DNA from: Chlorokybus atmophyticus | Taxonomy: Eukaryota > Plantae > Mesostigma and Chlorokybus algae | Direction of reading: 5' to 3' | Length of the DNA: 64,000 nucleotides | Assembly: GCA_009103225.1 (NCBI GenBank) | Contig: RHPI01000003.1 | Coordinates: 62,001-126,000, forward strand | Shown: piece after piece, positions 61,062 to 64,000 of the stretch | Numbering within the stretch: position 1 is the stretch's first letter | How the letters are laid out: every line of letters begins with the position of its first letter | The notes under the pieces: model-generated | Told to the model about the DNA's origin: nothing | The model's database searches: none | The model's input: only the letters and a program-made list of their open reading frames with translations | Position numbers and translations under genes: made by a program

Positions 61062-64000
61062 GTGAGTCACTGTGAGTGGCATGTCAAGATTCATGATGCA
61101 GAGAGAAAAGTTACCGCAGCAGCCAGCCATCTGCTGTGCCCTGCATCAGATCCTCTGGTGCCAGCTGGCTATGCCGCTGACGTGGGGGCAGNGCAAGGTA
61201 GGTCTCCGTCATACTTCTCCTGTCCAAACCTTTGCTCGTCATTAGTGTCCTCCTCATCCTTCGCACCCTCATTACTGTTCTTGTTCGTTGGCCTGGCAGG
61301 CGCCGCTTGAGTTTGACGAGGAGCCTGGCGCCGCCAGCACAGAAGTGCAGTGCTACAGCTGCCTGAAAGTGTGCCATTTCCTCTCAAAGACAGAGAAGAA
61401 GCCCGCTGAATGCAATCCCAGCAATGTCACAAGCCTTGCAGCTGTGCCATTGCCGCCACACAAACAGGAGAAGGCGGAGGTTCAGTTAGTGAGGGAAATA
61501 GACAACAGTCCATACAACACGCACATCCCACCACCGGTCCAGCAGGCCCATTGTTCCGCATGCAAAGCTCAGCTAGAATTCGACGACGTTCCAGGTTGGT
61601 TGACAATCTGTGTTTACCTTATATGCAATAATAACTCGATATGTAAACATTTGCATGACCAAGTGCTGCTCTATGCTGGCTGGTGGTAAGACATGACAGC
61701 TATCATCAATTGTATCAGAAACTTTGTTTCATACTCCTCACAGGCGCGGATGGGTTGGTGGAAGTGAGCTGTTGGCAGTGCAGCAAAACAAGCAAGCTGC
61801 CTTCATTGCATTTGAAGGAACAGCATCAGCAACCAAATACTAGGAACCATCTTCCCAACAACAGCAACCATCACAATATACAGAAGCAGCCGCAGGTTCT
61901 CATCCGACACCCGTGCAAGACGTGCCAGCACGTCATTGAGTTTCACCCTCGCCCCGGCCCCGACGGTGTCACTCCACTGCGATGCCCCAGATGCAATGCT
62001 GTCTCGCGACACCATACCACAGGTGGGACTCAAGACATTGTAATGGCTCACTCACTCAAGCACTCCGGTGCGTGTTTCTTTGGTTTTGGTTTTGGTTTCT
62101 TGTGGTCAATATTATGCATTCAACAACCAGTGATGTTCACCTGCACTCGGGTAAAAGTGTTCATCCATGTTGTTGACACAACGCATGGAACGCATGTTGG
62201 TAAGTCCCCACGCGCTTGCTGTCCATGGACGTGGGAATTAGCAAATTTGACTAATTCCCACGTCCATGGCTCATCTTCTTCACTTACACTCTCACGCCCT
62301 CTGTCGCGCATTTGCTCACTTGCAGCCATTCACTCACTCACTCACTCAATCAGCCGGTTTTAACTTGCTCACCCACTGTTTTCTTGCACACTCATTCACG
62401 GCCTCTCGGAATGTCAGTTAGTCCAAGTTTAGATAGTGACTCCCTCTGGTCAGGTCCCAAGCCAGTGACGCCAACCTCCAATGTCAAATCGATCAAGGCC
62501 CTGCCGCAGCTGCTGCTCACCACAATCAACGGCGTCCCGCTGAGTGCATCTGACCGCGCGCTGCTACTCTCATTAAACGCCTCGCCGCCGCCCGGCCACT
62601 TGTGGTAAGGGTGTTGAAGTACCAATCCTTTGTCTGTGTACATAAATATGCGTGTGCACTACGCGCGTGTGTGTGCACTATCTTGCTGTGTACAGAGCAT
62701 GCACGTCAGTGCACACACACACGCGCTCTCAGGCATGCAAACACGCATACACAGGCAGCCACACGCACATATACACGACAGGCGCATACACTCAGACAGC
62801 CACACACACAGACGCATGTACGCACAGATGGGCGCGTGCGCACACACATTGCATTTGCATCTGTGGCATCCACGTGCAAGGTTGAGGTGGTGTACATTTG
62901 GGCTGTGTCGTTGGGGTGGGTGCTGTCCCATAGCATATATGTAGTGCGCACAACTCCTAGCAGTGTGTGAAATAGAGTGTCCAAGTGCTCTCTCACCATT
63001 GTACAACGTGTTGAAGATGTAGTAATCAGGTGCATCCTCTTCTAAGTACACCATCAACACACCTTCCAATGTTAGGTACAATCGGCTGGATGGGACTTGG
63101 GGGTTTTGGGGTGCACCCGTGCAGGGGCGGATACAGCCAGGGCTTCACCTCGGCGGGGGCAATCTGCCAGGCGGGACCCCACCCGGCTTCGCCCTAAACC
63201 CCACTCCTCCTACGCACACGCCAACAACACCTTATCAGCTGCACTCGCCGCTTGTCAACGACGCCAATGTGGTAGTGGTCAAGCCGCCCACCAAACCCGC
63301 TTCGCTCCAACACGCTTACTCGGTGCCAGCGACACAACAAGTAGCGTACACGCACCCAACCCAAGCCGCACCCCTCCCTCACGCCGCCACACTCGTGCAC
63401 ACGTACAGCGCACCCCCAACAGTGTTGGTCACACCCACCCCACACCAGGTGTGGCCTCCACCCTCGCAGAGCATTACGAACGTGCTGAACTCAATCAACA
63501 ACGCGCTGATGAGTGTGTCGCTCGCTGGCCGTACGAGGCCGCCAACATTCTCGACACAGCAACACCAGCAACAGGTACTTGTCCCTGTACAGAGGCCCGC
63601 TGCTGTTGTGATGGTGCCCCCAGCCACTGCTCCTGCTGGTGGGATTGTCGCTCAAAGGCCGAGCGTGCTTTACCAACCATACAAGATAAATAAGTATCAA
63701 CAACAGCAGCAGCAGCACAATCAACCGATGCTACACCAGCAACAACAACAACAACAGCTTGATGGCAACACGCAGCTGTTCCAGGGCCAGGTATGCTTGC
63801 TATCAACAGCTAAAACAGAGGAAATGCCAACATTGAGGAAATTTGAACATGTGGACATGGCCTGAAGTGGCATGCGCGTGTTGCGTGTGACAGGATCAGG
63901 ATCAGCAAGGAAATGACTGGCAAAATGGGCCGGACAGAGTGGATGATGGGAGCCAGCAGCAGGTGAGAGCATGTTACAATAATACAAACAAACCATGGTC
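61062..64000 (+). CDS. Multi-exon protein with repeated CxxC zinc ribbons (LSD1-like spacing) plus an EDR4/extra-large-G-protein N-terminal-type module; start uncertain, continues past window end
   Basis: EVQCYSC, AHCSACKAQLEFDDVPG|ADGLVEVSCWQC, PCKTCQHVIEFHPRPGPDGVTPLRCPRC; then TINGVPLSASDRALLLSLNASPPPGHLW|YNRLDGTWGFWGAPVQGRIQPGLHLGGGNL, a P/Q-rich tract and DGNTQLF. Confidence 0.65.

Noticed and set aside
17300-63100. Numerous 60-150 aa C/V/H/T-rich ORFs in the track
   Set aside because: They arise from CA/TG-repeat-rich introns and antisense frames of real exons; not independent genes.

Overview
Eukaryotic nuclear DNA from a green-lineage organism, most likely a green alga. A streptophyte alga is suggested by the plant-type U2 and tRNA-Tyr, SUF4, ISS1/VAS1, FAX and an EDR4/XLG-type module; this host call is inference. 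Genes are intron-rich with GT...AG junctions and CA/TG-rich introns. Positions 1-13.1 kb are a nested transposon graveyard: a PIF/Harbinger element with telomere-like subterminal motifs, pogo/Tigger relics and a dispersed ~1.5-kb short-TIR element. Positions 14-50 kb are gene-dense: R2R3-MYB, a divergent CYP51-like P450, SUF4/ZNF207, ISS1/VAS1 aminotransferase, a GT29 sialyltransferase-like gene with an extensin-like stalk, a spliced cyanobacterial-type LptF/LptG permease with a transit-peptide-like leader, U2 snRNA, FAX/TMEM14 and a FAN-like BEACH-WD40 gene. Positions 50-64 kb hold assembly gaps, a DSC3-like gene, a third copy of the TIR element, a CACTA relic, an intron-containing tRNA-Tyr and a zinc-ribbon/EDR4-XLG-like gene running off the end. 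The most striking items are the nuclear LptF/G permease between GT29 and FAX, the P450 lacking the acid-Thr pair, the TIR family, and the TTTTAGGG-like Harbinger end. All homology calls come from motif recognition by eye, not database searches; multi-exon gene spans include introns.
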